Below, in pieces: positions 1 through 8,165 of a stretch of DNA of 64,000 nt; the first letter of the stretch is position 1, and each line of letters begins with the position of its first letter. The notes under the pieces are model-generated. The model made no database searches. It saw only the letters and a list, made by a program, of their open reading frames with translations, and was not told where the DNA came from. The position numbers and the translations under genes are program-made. The stretch covers positions 21,898-85,897 of the forward strand of contig JAZSAT010000023.1 of assembly GCA_045602025.1 (NCBI GenBank). Reading direction: 5' to 3'. The DNA is from Eubacteriales bacterium (GTDB lineage: Bacteria; Bacillota; Clostridia; Oscillospirales; SIG627).

Positions 1-296
1 GGGGCAAGCTCGCAGTCAAATACCACAAGATCGGCGTTCATTGCACTGCAAAGGTCGCAAAGCTCCGAAAGCTTTCCGGAGCCGATGTAGGTGGCGTGCT
101 CGGGCTTTTGTCTTGACTGCACAAGTCTCCCCAAGGAAACACCGCCGGCGGTTTTTAAAAGCTCTTCCAATTCGTCCAGAGAGGAAGAGGTGTCCATCAG
201 GTCGGAATCGTCGAACACAACGCTGACCAGGATTGCTTTTTCGGGTTCGCTGTTTTCTGTAGGGAAACCCTGGGGAGAGGAGATCTTGTCAAACAT
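1..296 (-). CDS. hflX: GTPase HflX, N-terminal part (gene continues past the left edge)
   Basis: My own minus-strand translation starts at ATG 296, with aaaggag 7 nt upstream. It reads MFDKISSPQGFPTENSEPEKAILVSVVFDD...LEELLKTAGG...HATYIGSGKLSELCDLCSAMNADLVVFDCEL, which matches the HflX N-terminal domain pattern. The frame is open to position 1 and is absent from the ORF track because there is no stop in the window. Confidence 0.7.
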   Translation of the reverse strand, partial: MFDKISSPQGFPTENSEPEKAILVSVVFDDSDLMDTSSSLDELEELLKTAGGVSLGRLVQSRQKPEHATYIGSGKLSELCDLCSAMNADLVVFDCELA

Positions 297-312
297 ATTT
301 TGCTCCTTTTAC

Positions 313-353
313 AAAATGAAAAAAGCGGTAACACCGGAACAGTGCAACCGCTT
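313..353 (-). terminator. Intrinsic terminator downstream of rpmE
   Basis: Stem aagcggt (323-329) pairs with accgctt (347-353). On the minus strand it is followed by ttttcatttt. Confidence 0.55.
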
Positions 354-381
354 CAAACCGTTCTGCCGAAAAAACGACAAT

Positions 382-579
382 TTATCTGCCAAACTTCTTG
401 TTGAATTTATCAACACGACCGCCGGCATCAACAAATTTCTGCTTGCCGGTGTAGAAGGGATGACACTTTGCGCAAATATCTACGTGAATATTTTCTTTGG
501 TAGATCTGGTGGGGTATTCCGCACCGCAAGCGCAAATGATCACGGTATCATTGTAGGAGGGATGAAGTCCTTCTTTCAT
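382..579 (-). CDS. rpmE: 50S ribosomal protein L31
   Basis: [58 protein letters not shown] is the canonical L31 sequence with the CxxC zinc motif. ATG 579 has an aaggtg SD 6 nt upstream; the track start at 588 is an upstream GTG. Confidence 0.95.
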   Translation of the reverse strand: MKEGLHPSYNDTVIICACGAEYPTRSTKENIHVDICAKCHPFYTGKQKFVDAGGRVDKFNKKFGR

Positions 580-705
580 TGTTTTCACCTTTTTCTGTTT
601 TTATTTACGTTGCGATGAAATCATCATTCAACTGCATTGCACTATATAATAACACATAGAAAAACAAAAATCAAGAGTAAAAATTACTTTTTTTGAAAAA
701 TATTA

Positions 706-1464
706 TCAATTTTCTTTCAAAGACAGCGCAAAATTCAGTATCGGCCTTGAAATGGAAAAGGCGAGACGGGATTGATATTCATCGTTTTGAAGCAGAAGAT
801 CCTCCTCGGCATTGGATAAAAAGCCGCATTCGATCAGGACAGCCGGCTGAGAGATCCGGTCTAAGATATAGATCTTCCCGTCTGCATTTTTTGCTTTGCG
901 TTCATTTTTCGGTTGGATCAGGGAGATCACTGTGTTTTGAATTTCCTGTGCCAAGGGGTGATTTGCGGTATTTTGGTCGGAGTAGAACACCTGAAGCCCG
1001 CTGTATTTTTGGATAGGGAGTGTATTCATGTGAATGCTGACAAAAACTGCCTTCGGATTATCTTTTGCAATCTGAACTCTCCCCAAAAGGTCTTTGGTCT
1101 TTCTCGTTTTTCCACGGTCGGAGCTGAGCATTTCATCACCGCTTCTTGTGTAAAGCACATTGACTCCGGCACTTTCAAGGAAAGAACCGATTTTTTTTGC
1201 AACCTCTAAATTTAAGTTTTTCTCTTCCGCACCGCTTACCGAGACTGCGCCGGAATCAATACCTCCGTGCCCTGCATCTAAAATTACAGTGGGCTTTTCC
1301 GTCATTTCGGCGGAGGCTGCCAGGAAGTCTTTGTTCATATCTGCAGCAACCAGGGGACGAAAAAAAGCTCCCGATAGAATTAAAACAGTACAGAAAAAGA
1401 GGGAAAACCCAAGAAGCTTTCTTACATAATGATGCTTTTCGTTCCTTTTGTTCAAAAAAATCAC
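706..1464 (-). CDS. cwlD: N-acetylmuramoyl-L-alanine amidase (Amidase_3), CwlD-like germination-specific amidase
   Basis: It has an N-terminal membrane anchor followed by ILDAGHGGIDSGAVS...EEKNLNLEVAKKIGSFLESAGVNVLYTR...FVSIHMN...ECGFLSN, the Amidase_3 motifs. The ~250-aa size is typical of CwlD. The start is uncertain: GTG 1464 or TTG 1455. Confidence 0.75.
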   Translation of the reverse strand: MIFLNKRNEKHHYVRKLLGFSLFFCTVLILSGAFFRPLVAADMNKDFLAASAEMTEKPTVILDAGHGGIDSGAVSVSGAEEKNLNLEVAKKIGSFLESAGVNVLYTRSGDEMLSSDRGKTRKTKDLLGRVQIAKDNPKAVFVSIHMNTLPIQKYSGLQVFYSDQNTANHPLAQEIQNTVISLIQPKNERKAKNADGKIYILDRISQPAVLIECGFLSNAEEDLLLQNDEYQSRLAFSISRPILNFALSLKEN

Positions 1465-1495
1465 CTCACAAGAGAATATGCGTCTCTGTGAGGTG
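1452..1495 (-). terminator. Intrinsic terminator after the 1507-2082 gene, overlapping the cwlD start region
   Basis: A 9-bp stem, cacctcaca (1462-1470) with tgtgaggtg (1487-1495). On the minus strand it is followed by atttttttg. Confidence 0.55.
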
Positions 1496-1506
1496 CTATG
1501 ATTTTT

Positions 1507-2082
1507 TTACTTCTTTTCCTTACGAAAGCTTTTGTAGCCCACAAGGTAGGAAAGTCCGCTTGCGAGAATACCCGGGATGGCACCGAACAGGTGAAGAAAA
1601 CAGCGGGCATTGATGGAAGCCATGTTTGCAAAATTCAAGGCATCGTTTGCTCCACCCGAAACAGTAGGGAAGATGTGCTGCGTAATTCCTACATACATGC
1701 CCTGAAGAAAGGTGTGGTTTCCTAAGTAGGAAAGATAACCGGCAGTGTTGGTGATGCCCTCCGAGGTGTAGGGCTGAGAGCTTACCGAAATCATTGCCAG
1801 AATAAAGGTGGGCAAAAATGCGATCAGCGCGAACAGAAAGCCGGCCAAAGCAGAGGAATTTTTTTTGTGTGAAAGGTCAAATTCACTTGCCTTTGCGCCG
1901 CCCTGATACATCTGCGTGATCAATATATAAAAGTAGAAAAGAATTACCGTGGCCTGCCCGATCACAAGGAGAAAGGGGATCTTGTAGGTGGCACCGTACA
2001 TCATAAATCCGAAAAGACTCATAACGATCTGATACAAAAAGGTCTTTAAAATAAGACCTGCGTTTCTTGAAAATAAGTTCAT
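1507..2082 (-). CDS. Hypothetical polytopic membrane protein
   Basis: The 191-aa ORF has about 5 hydrophobic helices (e.g. FLYQIVMSLFGFMMYGA, PFLLVIGQATVILFYFYILI). I do not recognise a family. Confidence 0.55.
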   Translation of the reverse strand: MNLFSRNAGLILKTFLYQIVMSLFGFMMYGATYKIPFLLVIGQATVILFYFYILITQMYQGGAKASEFDLSHKKNSSALAGFLFALIAFLPTFILAMISVSSQPYTSEGITNTAGYLSYLGNHTFLQGMYVGITQHIFPTVSGGANDALNFANMASINARCFLHLFGAIPGILASGLSYLVGYKSFRKEKK

Positions 2083-2201
2083 TTGTTTTTCCTTCCATAT
2101 TTAGGGTACAAAAAGTGTAACGCAAAAAGAGAATAAATTCAATAGCAAATTTGTTAAAAGTGTTTTTCCATAAATTTCAATGGCGAAAGCACTTTTTATT
2201 A

Positions 2202-2230
2202 TTGACAAAACCGCTTCGCAGTGGTATCAT
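2202..2230 (+). promoter_or_regulatory. Sigma-A type promoter for surface-protein paralog A
   Basis: TTGACA (2202-2207), a 17-nt spacer and TATCAT (2225-2230), with TGg immediately upstream (extended -10). Confidence 0.55.
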
Positions 2231-2294
2231 AACGATGGATAATGAGTAGAATTATGCTCATTCTTGAACTTTTCATCAAATAAGGAGCAAATAT

Positions 2295-3719
2295 ATGAAA
2301 AGAATTGTTGCGTATCTTTTGGCAGTTATAACGATTCTGGCACTGTTTAGTGTGCCTGCGTTTGCCAGAGGTTACTCCCTTTCCATCCCCAAGACGGTAT
2401 CTTCTCATAACCTTGAGGCATACGGTCTTCATACGATGGATGTGTATCAGGCGGATAAGGTTCCTACCATCGATGGCCGCGTTGATACCAACGAATATCC
2501 CGGTCCCAACGGAGGATGTTCTCTTTCTGCAGGCCCCGGAGATAATATGTGGATGTCTTCTTATCATAATGTGAAATCCTCTTCCGAAGACCAGAACGGC
2601 TTCTACGGCAGATTCGATTTTACCGATTATGTTCTTGAAGAAGATAAACCCAATTACATCAAAAACTATCTTACTTATGATGATGAGTATCTTTACTTTG
2701 CGGTAACTACAACCATTCCCGAAATTCGTATGACCATTGCAACCGACACCGAAAAGGGACTTTCCGGTATTGCAATTCGTGATCCGAACTGGTGGTTTGA
2801 GACATTTGTAAACTTTATGCAGACGGAAAATATCGCTTGTGCTCACTCCAATTCCCTTGCACAGACAAGATACGTGCTGAATAAGTACGATTATCACAGC
2901 ACTGCGGTCAATGTTTCTTTCACTGCCCGTACTGCAAGATTGCTTGAAAGCCAGACTGCAAATAAGGCAGTTGCCGTAAAATACACCGAGTGGATCGACG
3001 ACGATCTTGGTATCAAGTGGGACAGCATCACTTATAAGAGAGCTGAAAACTTTTCTTATCAGGTAACGGTGCTTGATGATGGCAGATGGAAGATCACCTT
3101 TGAAGGAAGACAGCCCTTGGGTGATGTTCTCCGTATTACCGATGTAGAGTATGAAGACGGAACTCCCATCGATTATGTTCCCGAATGGGGTGCCTGGGGT
3201 GTTGCCCTTCGTCTCCAGTCCTCCGGTAATATCGATAGCTCAGCTCCCGACGGAACAGATGTTATCCTGAAGAGAGACGATGTCATTTACGCCCAGACTA
3301 TGCTCCCCGGTTACGGCGCAGCCCGCACCGGTAAGAACAGCTATCTGAACGGTTATCTTTTCCACAATACAGTCTCCAATGCTATCAACTCCAGCTTTGG
3401 TGCGAATGTTAACTTCTTGATGAATCCCGTCCATTTCCTTGGAAAATACGACGAGACTTTCAATTATGACGGTGTTTATTCTCAGGCAACCGGTTCTACC
3501 ATTGTAGCAACCACAAGCCGTATTACCCGTAATCGCACTCCCATCCTTACCAGTGGTGTTCGCGGCGTGAACTACCGTGTGATCGGTGTTGCAACTTCTG
3601 CTGCAAGCGCAACCGGCGACAACATTACCTTGACCGTCGTTCTTTCGGCAGTGATGCTTTTGTGTGCTATGACTGCTGTGGTGGTTGTCTTGATGAAAAA
3701 GCGTTCTTCCCACATGTAA
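2295..3719 (+). CDS. Secreted cell-surface protein, paralog A (signal peptide; C-terminal TGD + TM + KKRS anchor)
   Basis: It has the signal peptide MKRIVAYLLAVITILALFSVPAFA. It shares the blocks LEAYGLHT..VPTIDGRVDTNEYPG and LTYDDEYLYFAV with the ORFs at 3770 and 5337. The C-terminus is SATGDNITLTVVLSAVMLLCAMTAVVVVLMKKRSS. Confidence 0.75.
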   Translation: MKRIVAYLLAVITILALFSVPAFARGYSLSIPKTVSSHNLEAYGLHTMDVYQADKVPTIDGRVDTNEYPGPNGGCSLSAGPGDNMWMSSYHNVKSSSEDQNGFYGRFDFTDYVLEEDKPNYIKNYLTYDDEYLYFAVTTTIPEIRMTIATDTEKGLSGIAIRDPNWWFETFVNFMQTENIACAHSNSLAQTRYVLNKYDYHSTAVNVSFTARTARLLESQTANKAVAVKYTEWIDDDLGIKWDSITYKRAENFSYQVTVLDDGRWKITFEGRQPLGDVLRITDVEYEDGTPIDYVPEWGAWGVALRLQSSGNIDSSAPDGTDVILKRDDVIYAQTMLPGYGAARTGKNSYLNGYLFHNTVSNAINSSFGANVNFLMNPVHFLGKYDETFNYDGVYSQATGSTIVATTSRITRNRTPILTSGVRGVNYRVIGVATSAASATGDNITLTVVLSAVMLLCAMTAVVVVLMKKRSSHM

Positions 3720-3736
3720 ATTTATCAGAAAGTGAA

Positions 3737-3769
3737 TCAGCGGTTCAATGAGAACCGCTGAATTTTTTT
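3737..3769 (+). terminator. Intrinsic terminator after paralog A
   Basis: A 10-bp stem, tcagcggttc (3737-3746) with gaaccgctga (3752-3761), is followed by attttttt. It ends 1 nt before ATG 3770. Confidence 0.7.
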
Positions 3770-5239
3770 ATGAAACATCTTACTTCTTTGCTACTTGCTG
3801 TTTTTGTTGTATTTTCTTGCTTTTCGCCTGTTTTTGCCGAAAAAATGGATCTTTCCGACCTTTCCACCTTCGGTATTTTACCGATGAAGGGGGAGCGTGC
3901 TGAAAATGTTCCGACACAGGATGGAAAGATTTTATCGGGTGAGTATCCTTTGCCCCATGTTTCCGATGAAAAAAGCGGCCTTGCGGTAGTTTCTTCATAT
4001 GAGAATCTATTAATAGAAAAAGCAGAGAAATTAAAGCCTGTACAAGAAAGCTATTTGTCCTTGGATGACAAATATATTTATTGCGGTCTTCGGCTGAAAA
4101 TGAATACCGAAGAGGCAATCGGTGTATATAAAAAGAATTTAGGCTATGTTTACCCGGTTTTGTTTTCCATAAGTCTTTCTTCGGGGAATCATCCTGCGAA
4201 CAGATGCTCTTTTTTGAGCAACACCTATTACTTTTCCGCAGAAACGGGAGAATGTGTTGGAGTAAGCGGCGAGCGTATTGCTCGCAGTGTTGAAAATGAT
4301 ACAGAGATTGCCTGTCGCATTTCAAATGTGGGGGGAATTCATTATAATGAGGCTTATAAAGACGAAAACGATGTGCTTTGGAATGCGGATTATTATGAAA
4401 AGCACGCAGCATTCAGGATCGAAAAGGAATCGGGTGTGACGGTGATAACCGCTGAGATCCTTCTTCCCATAGGAGATGCTTTGCTTTCGGTTCCTGCATC
4501 TGAGAGGAGTCTTGTTGCCGATCAATTGCAGAAAAGGAAAGAGACGCTTTGCGGTAGCTTTCTGTCACAGGTAGGTGTTTTTGCAAGCGGTGACAAAGTA
4601 GTGCTTGGTCTTCCGACCGCGCAGACATATTCCGTTTTGCAGGAAGGGGGAAGCTTAAAAGAATATTTGAAAGAAAACTATGAGACACCCAAAAGCGGCC
4701 TTTTTCTTCCGGATTTTTTGCCGATCCCTCTCTGCTTTTTTTGTAAAAACGCTTCTGAAGAGAGCAAAAAGACCGTAGAAAAGTCGGAAACGGAGTCTTT
4801 TGTAAGCAATAGCAAAGGAGAAAATCAAGGGCATGATGCATCTACAGCAAAGTCTTCGGAAAAAAGCCCTCCTGTTTCAAATGAAGCTACAAGCTTCGAA
4901 AAAATAACAAAAACAGAAAAAGAATCAGTTTTTCCTGAGAAAGCAGAAGAAAATGAAATTTTATCTTCGGAACAAGAAAATGATGAATCGGTTTTTGATT
5001 ACCTGCCCGGGGAAGGGGATGTATTGCCGGAGGAAACGGAAATCCTTTATCTTTCTCAAAGTGAAAAAAATTCTTCTGAAAGCGAAGGGTCCCTTCTTGG
5101 ATCGACCCTTACTTTTCTTGCAGGTGTTTTCCTGTTTGCTGCTATGATCGTGCTTGTTTTTTTCGTGAGGGAAAGAAGCGGTGAAAAGAAAGATTCGGAA
5201 AACAAACCAAAAAGCTCAAAAAAAGCAAAAAAAGGATGA
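3770..5239 (+). CDS. Secreted membrane-anchored surface protein, divergent paralog B (acidic/Ser-rich stalk, C-terminal TM)
   Basis: It has the signal peptide MKHLTSLLLAVFVVFSCFSPVFA. It keeps the family blocks VPTQDGKILSGEYPLP and LSLDDKYIYCGL. The E/S/K-rich region at about aa 330-440 is followed by the TM LTFLAGVFLFAAMIVLVFFV and a Lys-rich tail. No SD is visible upstream. Confidence 0.6.
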   Translation: MKHLTSLLLAVFVVFSCFSPVFAEKMDLSDLSTFGILPMKGERAENVPTQDGKILSGEYPLPHVSDEKSGLAVVSSYENLLIEKAEKLKPVQESYLSLDDKYIYCGLRLKMNTEEAIGVYKKNLGYVYPVLFSISLSSGNHPANRCSFLSNTYYFSAETGECVGVSGERIARSVENDTEIACRISNVGGIHYNEAYKDENDVLWNADYYEKHAAFRIEKESGVTVITAEILLPIGDALLSVPASERSLVADQLQKRKETLCGSFLSQVGVFASGDKVVLGLPTAQTYSVLQEGGSLKEYLKENYETPKSGLFLPDFLPIPLCFFCKNASEESKKTVEKSETESFVSNSKGENQGHDASTAKSSEKSPPVSNEATSFEKITKTEKESVFPEKAEENEILSSEQENDESVFDYLPGEGDVLPEETEILYLSQSEKNSSESEGSLLGSTLTFLAGVFLFAAMIVLVFFVRERSGEKKDSENKPKSSKKAKKG

Positions 5240-5278
5240 TTTTTCCTTTTGCTTTTGTACAAAGTGTTTGATTTTCTA

Positions 5279-5307
5279 TTGACATAAAATTTTGAAAATG
5301 TTATAAT
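5279..5307 (+). promoter_or_regulatory. Strong sigma-A type promoter for paralog C
   Basis: TTGACA (5279-5284), a 17-nt spacer and TGtTATAAT (5299-5307). Both hexamers are consensus and the -10 is extended. Confidence 0.65.
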
Positions 5308-5336
5308 GAGCATAGATTTATAAGGAGATTTATGCA

Positions 5337-6917
5337 ATGAAAAAAATCATTTCTGTTGTTCTTGCGATTTGTTTTGTTGTCGGTGCATTTTGTATGCCGG
5401 TAGCAGCAACTTACGCAAATCAAACCTCCACTGCTTATATTCAGCTGGGCACAACAGCTCACGATCTGCGTGCGTACGGTTTGCACACCTTTGTATCTAA
5501 TTATATTCACGGAGCTGCTCCCGTTATGGACGGTGTGATCAGTACGGACGAATATAACAGCGGCAATGTGCCTTCCGATACTGCCAAGATCGGCGACGGT
5601 CTTACCCTTACCAACAACACCGGTACTTCCGATTATACTGCTGAGTATGGTGATAATTATAAGGATTTCACTGTAAAGACATATCTTTCTTACGATGATA
5701 CCTATGCATACATCGCGGAAGAGGTGACTTCAACCCAGCCTATTGAAAATACCAACAGCATGGGAAATACAACTCCTATCAATGTAAATGTTCGTTACGG
5801 TCTGAATCAGTCCGAGCTTCTTCCTGAATTTACAAGCCGTCTTTCCAATAGCTATTCTTATGATTTTGACGGAACGAATTTGGTTCTTTCCTCTCTGTCT
5901 TCTGCTGACAGAAATTATAAGAAGATGGACGGTATGTTGACTACATCTGTTGTTACTGACTACGAGGCTTATAACGACGGTGCTGTCACCTGGAATCGTG
6001 ATGAATACAAGAAGCCCGAAAATGCGGCCTCTTCATACAAGGAGGACTCGAACGGTTATAAGTACATCTTTGAGTACCGAATTCCTCTTGCCGATGTGAT
6101 CTACTCTGCGACCGGCCGTTTCAACAAAGAAGATGTTGCAAGTCTGATCGCTTCCGATTTCTATGGCTCTTACTTCTTCCAGATCGCTGTTACAAAGACC
6201 GGCGGCGAGGATGCAAACAAGCAGTTCTTCCTTTCTACCGGCTATGCAGCAAATTCTCCCAAGCTTCCTTATTCTGCAAAATCCGCAGATGCCAAAGCAA
6301 CCACCTGGGCAAAAGCGGTAAAAGAGTATTGGACCGACGCTAACGGCGAAAGCCTTTCCGTTTCCAATATTCCTTCTCCTGTTTACCACGGCTCTAAGAC
6401 CGCAGGCACTGTTACACTTCCTGCAGCAAGTCAGTTCCGTCCCGGTTTGAGCGGATACGGATTGAACGAAATTAAATCCGTTTTTGAGATTGGTTCCAAA
6501 GCAACCTTTACCGTTACTCCTGACTGCGGGGAAAATACCGCTCCCGTAACCGGTGACCTTCGTGTGATTCCCACAAAGTTCCGTGTTCGTAACGGCTTTG
6601 ATACCAAGCTTTCCGGCACCTTTGCAGATGATCTGAAGACAGCAAGCTTTGATACAACAAATCTTCCCGTAGGTCTTTCTACTTTGGTAGTTACCTTTAC
6701 GCAGCAAAGATTTGACGGTACAAATTGGGTAGATACCGGTGTTACCAAGAATCTGTCCCGTAACATCACCATTGCAGGAACTGTTTTGGGAAGTGCGGAA
6801 CAGGGTGCTTCACAAACGGGCGACAGCCTGACCATCGCAATTGTAGCAGGTTCTGTTATGGTTCTTGCCGCAGTTACCGCAGGTGTTATCATTTTCCGCA
6901 AGAAGAGAAGCTTCTGA
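5337..6917 (+). CDS. Secreted cell-surface protein, paralog C (signal peptide; C-terminal TGD + TM + KKRS anchor)
   Basis: It has the signal peptide MKKIISVVLAICFVVGAFCMPVAA and the blocks LRAYGLHT..APVMDGVISTDEYNSG and LSYDDTYAYIAE. The C-terminus is SQTGDSLTIAIVAGSVMVLAAVTAGVIIFRKKRSF. Confidence 0.75.
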   Translation: MKKIISVVLAICFVVGAFCMPVAATYANQTSTAYIQLGTTAHDLRAYGLHTFVSNYIHGAAPVMDGVISTDEYNSGNVPSDTAKIGDGLTLTNNTGTSDYTAEYGDNYKDFTVKTYLSYDDTYAYIAEEVTSTQPIENTNSMGNTTPINVNVRYGLNQSELLPEFTSRLSNSYSYDFDGTNLVLSSLSSADRNYKKMDGMLTTSVVTDYEAYNDGAVTWNRDEYKKPENAASSYKEDSNGYKYIFEYRIPLADVIYSATGRFNKEDVASLIASDFYGSYFFQIAVTKTGGEDANKQFFLSTGYAANSPKLPYSAKSADAKATTWAKAVKEYWTDANGESLSVSNIPSPVYHGSKTAGTVTLPAASQFRPGLSGYGLNEIKSVFEIGSKATFTVTPDCGENTAPVTGDLRVIPTKFRVRNGFDTKLSGTFADDLKTASFDTTNLPVGLSTLVVTFTQQRFDGTNWVDTGVTKNLSRNITIAGTVLGSAEQGASQTGDSLTIAIVAGSVMVLAAVTAGVIIFRKKRSF

Positions 6918-6919
6918 TA

Positions 6920-6955
6920 AAAAAACAAAGCAGCAAAGGCTGCTTTGTTTTTTTC
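6920..6955 (+). terminator. Intrinsic terminator after paralog C
   Basis: Stem caaagcagc (6926-6934) pairs with gctgctttg (6939-6947), followed by tttttttt. Confidence 0.7.
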
Positions 6956-7005
6956 TTGCTTTTTTGATTCTTTTGTTATAAAATCAAGTAAAAGGAGGGG
7001 TGAAG

Positions 7006-7968
7006 ATGAATATCAAAATGGAGAATCTTCCGCAAGCTGCGGCAAGGTATCTTTCCTATAAGTTATCTATTCAGGGCGCAAGCGAAAAGACGGTTTATGA
7101 ATATAGCCTTGATCTGATGAATTTTTTTCGGTTTGTTTTTTCTGACCGAGCCGATGAAAACGGAAACATAGAGCTTTCCGATTTAAGTGACGATGATATT
7201 GCCTCAGTCACCTCTCAAAAAATATACGAATTTTTGCTTTATTCCGCCACGCAGAAGGGGAACGGCAATGCTCGCCGCGCCAGGATGCTCTCTTCCATCA
7301 AGGGCTTTTATAAGTTTTTGAATGTGAAGGAAAAAAGCATTGAAAATGATCCTACCAAGAATATAGATGCGCCAACGGTAAAGCATGCTCTTCCAAAATA
7401 CCTTTCTGAGGATGAAAGCAGAAAGCTTTTGAATGCAGTCAATGATTTCGGAGAAAAGAATAAGCTTCGTGATCTTGTAATCATATCTTTATTTTTAAAT
7501 TGCGGTATGCGAGTTTCGGAGCTTGCGGGGATCAGTATCTCCGATCTGTCGTCAGATCTTTCTCAGCTGATCGTAACGGGAAAAGGAAATAAGCAAAGAC
7601 TTGTGTATCTGAACGAAACCTGCCAAAAGCATTTGAAAAACTATCTGGAAGAACGGCAAGGAATGATGTGTAAGGACAGCAAAGCTCTCTTTGTCAGCCG
7701 CAATCACCAAAGGCTGTCCGTAAAAACGGTTCAGTGGCTTGTATATAAGTATCTGGATCTTGCAGGACTTGGAGATAAAGGTTATTCTGTCCATAAGCTC
7801 CGCCACACTGCCGCCACGCTTATGTACAGCACGGGAAAGGTGGATGTGAGAGTACTAAAGGATATTTTAGGTCACGAGCAGCTGAATACCACACAGATCT
7901 ATACACATTTAAGCGATGAACAAATGAAAAAAGCAATGAGTGAAAATCCCTTGAATCAAAAAGACTGA
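7006..7968 (+). CDS. Tyrosine site-specific recombinase, XerC/XerD family
   Basis: It has an N-terminal SAM-like domain. The catalytic-domain motifs are RDLVIISLFLNCGMRVSEL, HKLRHTAATLMY and GHEQLNTTQIYTH. The aaggagg SD lies 7 nt before ATG 7006. Confidence 0.85.
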   Translation: MNIKMENLPQAAARYLSYKLSIQGASEKTVYEYSLDLMNFFRFVFSDRADENGNIELSDLSDDDIASVTSQKIYEFLLYSATQKGNGNARRARMLSSIKGFYKFLNVKEKSIENDPTKNIDAPTVKHALPKYLSEDESRKLLNAVNDFGEKNKLRDLVIISLFLNCGMRVSELAGISISDLSSDLSQLIVTGKGNKQRLVYLNETCQKHLKNYLEERQGMMCKDSKALFVSRNHQRLSVKTVQWLVYKYLDLAGLGDKGYSVHKLRHTAATLMYSTGKVDVRVLKDILGHEQLNTTQIYTHLSDEQMKKAMSENPLNQKD

Positions 7969-8023
7969 ATATTTTTTTCTTTTTTTGAAACAATATAAAA
8001 AAACGAAAAAAGAAAGGTCAAGA

Positions 8024-8104
8024 ATGGATTTTCTCTTCGGGATCGTGATCGGAGGAATTATAGGCGTGTTTTTTATGTGCCTTCTCCAGGTCACAAGAGA
8101 ATAA
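8024..8104 (+). CDS. 26-codon hydrophobic micro-ORF (single TM): MDFLFGIVIGGIIGVFFMCLLQVTRE
   Basis: This is my own translation. A gaaagg SD-like motif lies 7 nt upstream and a strong terminator follows at 8125. From memory it resembles DUF3789-type small proteins of Firmicutes conjugative elements; this is unverified. Confidence 0.35.
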   Translation: MDFLFGIVIGGIIGVFFMCLLQVTRE

Positions 8105-8124
8105 GCAGATACAGGGGTATCTGA

Positions 8125-8155
8125 AAAAAGCCACCGACATTGTCGGTGGCTTTTT
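8125..8155. terminator. Bidirectional intrinsic terminator (micro-ORF on +, gpmI on -)
   Basis: aaaaagccaccgaca-ttg-tcggtggcttttt is a perfect stem with A and T runs on both sides. Confidence 0.7.
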
Positions 8156-8165
8156 GCTGCATTTT

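Noticed and set aside
91-618. A 175-aa plus-strand ORF spanning the hflX/rpmE region.
   Set aside because: It overlaps two well-supported minus-strand genes and their terminator. It has no SD or domain.
5332-5340. A start-stop mini-ORF, ATG-CAA-TGA, overlapping the start of paralog C.
   Set aside because: It is only two sense codons. It most likely arises by chance from two closely spaced ATGs behind one SD, and the downstream ATG 5337 opens the signal peptide.
7006-7968. The tyrosine recombinase as the integrase of an intact prophage or ICE.
   Set aside because: No phage or conjugation genes lie nearby and no flanking direct repeats were seen by eye. It is kept only as a low-interest remnant or phase-variation hypothesis.
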